Assembly: GCA_963735865.1 (NCBI GenBank)
Contig: CAVTML010000002.1
Coordinates: 903,668 to 967,667 of the forward strand
DNA length: 64,000 nt
Direction of reading: 5' to 3'
Source: an uncultured Chloroflexia bacterium
Lineage (GTDB): Bacteria > Chloroflexota > Limnocylindria > Limnocylindrales > CSP1-4
Part shown: positions 63,343 through 64,000 of the stretch, piece after piece
Layout of the letters: each line of letters starts with the position of its first letter
Position numbering within the stretch: position 1 is the stretch's first letter
The notes under the pieces: generated by a model
Databases searched by the model: none
Seen by the model: the letters and a program-made list of their open reading frames with translations, nothing else
What the model was told of the DNA's origin: nothing
Translations under genes and position numbers: made by a program

Positions 63343-63348
63343 AGTCTA
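63343..63348 (-). promoter_or_regulatory. -10-like hexamer TAGACT, 6 nt before the thyX ATG
   Basis: Minus strand reads TAGACT-acggcc-ATG. Confidence 0.4.
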
Positions 63349-63500
63349 GCCGCCGGGCGGGCCATCGCGAGCGTCGGGCGAGTTGACGCCGGGCACCGCG
63401 GGACGTACCGTCCGCATCTCCAGCAGGCCCGCGGGAGGCGGCGCGGGAGAGCGCACTCAAGGCCGCGGGCTGCCGGCTGATGACACGTGATGGAGGAGCC

Positions 63501-64000
63501 ATGTCGAGATCCCTGAGGTTGCTGGGCCTGTCGCTCGGCGCGATCCTGGTCGTGGGCGCGTGCAGCGCCGGCGCGACCGCCACCCCGACGCCGGCCCCGA
63601 CCGGCACGCCCGCGGCCACCGGCACCCCGTCCGGGTCGACCGCGCCGACGGCCACCCCGGTCGCCTCGGCGACGCCCGTCGCGTCCCTCGCGGACGGTCA
63701 GACGATCTTCGCCGGCAAGCTCGTCGTCTGCTCGGACATCCCCTATCCGCCGCAGGAGTTCTTCGACGCCCAGGGCAACCCGATCGGCTCCGACATCGAG
63801 ATCGGCCAGACGATCGCCCAGCGGCTGGGCCTCACCCCTGAGATCCAGAACTCGGTCTTCGACACGATCATCGCGGCCCTCCAGGGCGGCAAGTGCGACA
63901 TCATCATCAGCGCCCAGAACATCACCTCTGACCGCATCAAGCAGGTCGACATGATCCCGTACTTCCAGGCGGGCCAGTCGTTCGTCGTGGCGGCCGGCAA
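63501..64000 (+). CDS. ABC transporter substrate-binding lipoprotein, family 3 (amino-acid type), 3' end outside window
   Basis: Not in the ORF track because no stop lies in the window. GGAGGA box, ATG 63501, lipobox VVGAC, Thr/Pro linker, then LVVCSDIPYPPQEF...GSDIEIG...FDTIIAALQGGKCDIIISA. Confidence 0.8.
   Translation, partial: MSRSLRLLGLSLGAILVVGACSAGATATPTPAPTGTPAATGTPSGSTAPTATPVASATPVASLADGQTIFAGKLVVCSDIPYPPQEFFDAQGNPIGSDIEIGQTIAQRLGLTPEIQNSVFDTIIAALQGGKCDIIISAQNITSDRIKQVDMIPYFQAGQSFVVAAG

Overview
This is a very GC-rich bacterial chromosomal segment. Third codon positions are almost always G/C, so long spurious antisense ORFs shadow every real gene. I recognised no rRNA, tRNA, cas, transposase or integrase genes.

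Left third (1-20.5 kb): core metabolism in tightly coupled operons. These are hom (partial)-thrC-thrB, ask, birA, an ABC-2 exporter and an ECF sigma pair. They are followed by a ~9.3-kb acc/fab operon (accD-accA-BCCP-like-accC-fabZ-metallophosphoesterase-fabF-accB-fabH-fabG-rfbC) that converges on rfbA-rfbB-rfbD.

Middle (20.5-48 kb):
- a CWB2-repeat wall protein
- a pore-less MgtE-type Mg sensor
- two c-di-GMP enzymes
- PolX
- an ECF sigma with a BNR-propeller anti-sigma
- an unusual two-gene DNA-related module (35600-39204)
- an aminotransferase, MscS and acs
- a frameshifted receiver-ParA ATPase with a coiled-coil partner
- moaA

Right third (48-61 kb): an accessory-looking block of paralogous small lipoproteins and membrane proteins, plus two more ECF sigma/anti-sigma pairs. 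It is followed by punA, thyX and a partial ABC substrate-binding gene that is missing from the ORF track.

Observations most worth a second look:
- a BCCP paralogue with no biotinyl-lysine, sitting in the accA-accC slot
- the HIRAN-like plus degenerate-methylase/nuclease-like gene pair
- a fixed-distance -10 hexamer in front of many start codons, implying leaderless mRNAs
- two unexplained intergenic repeat arrays (17545-17710 and 32052-32310)

All functional calls come from motif recognition by eye. No database search was run.
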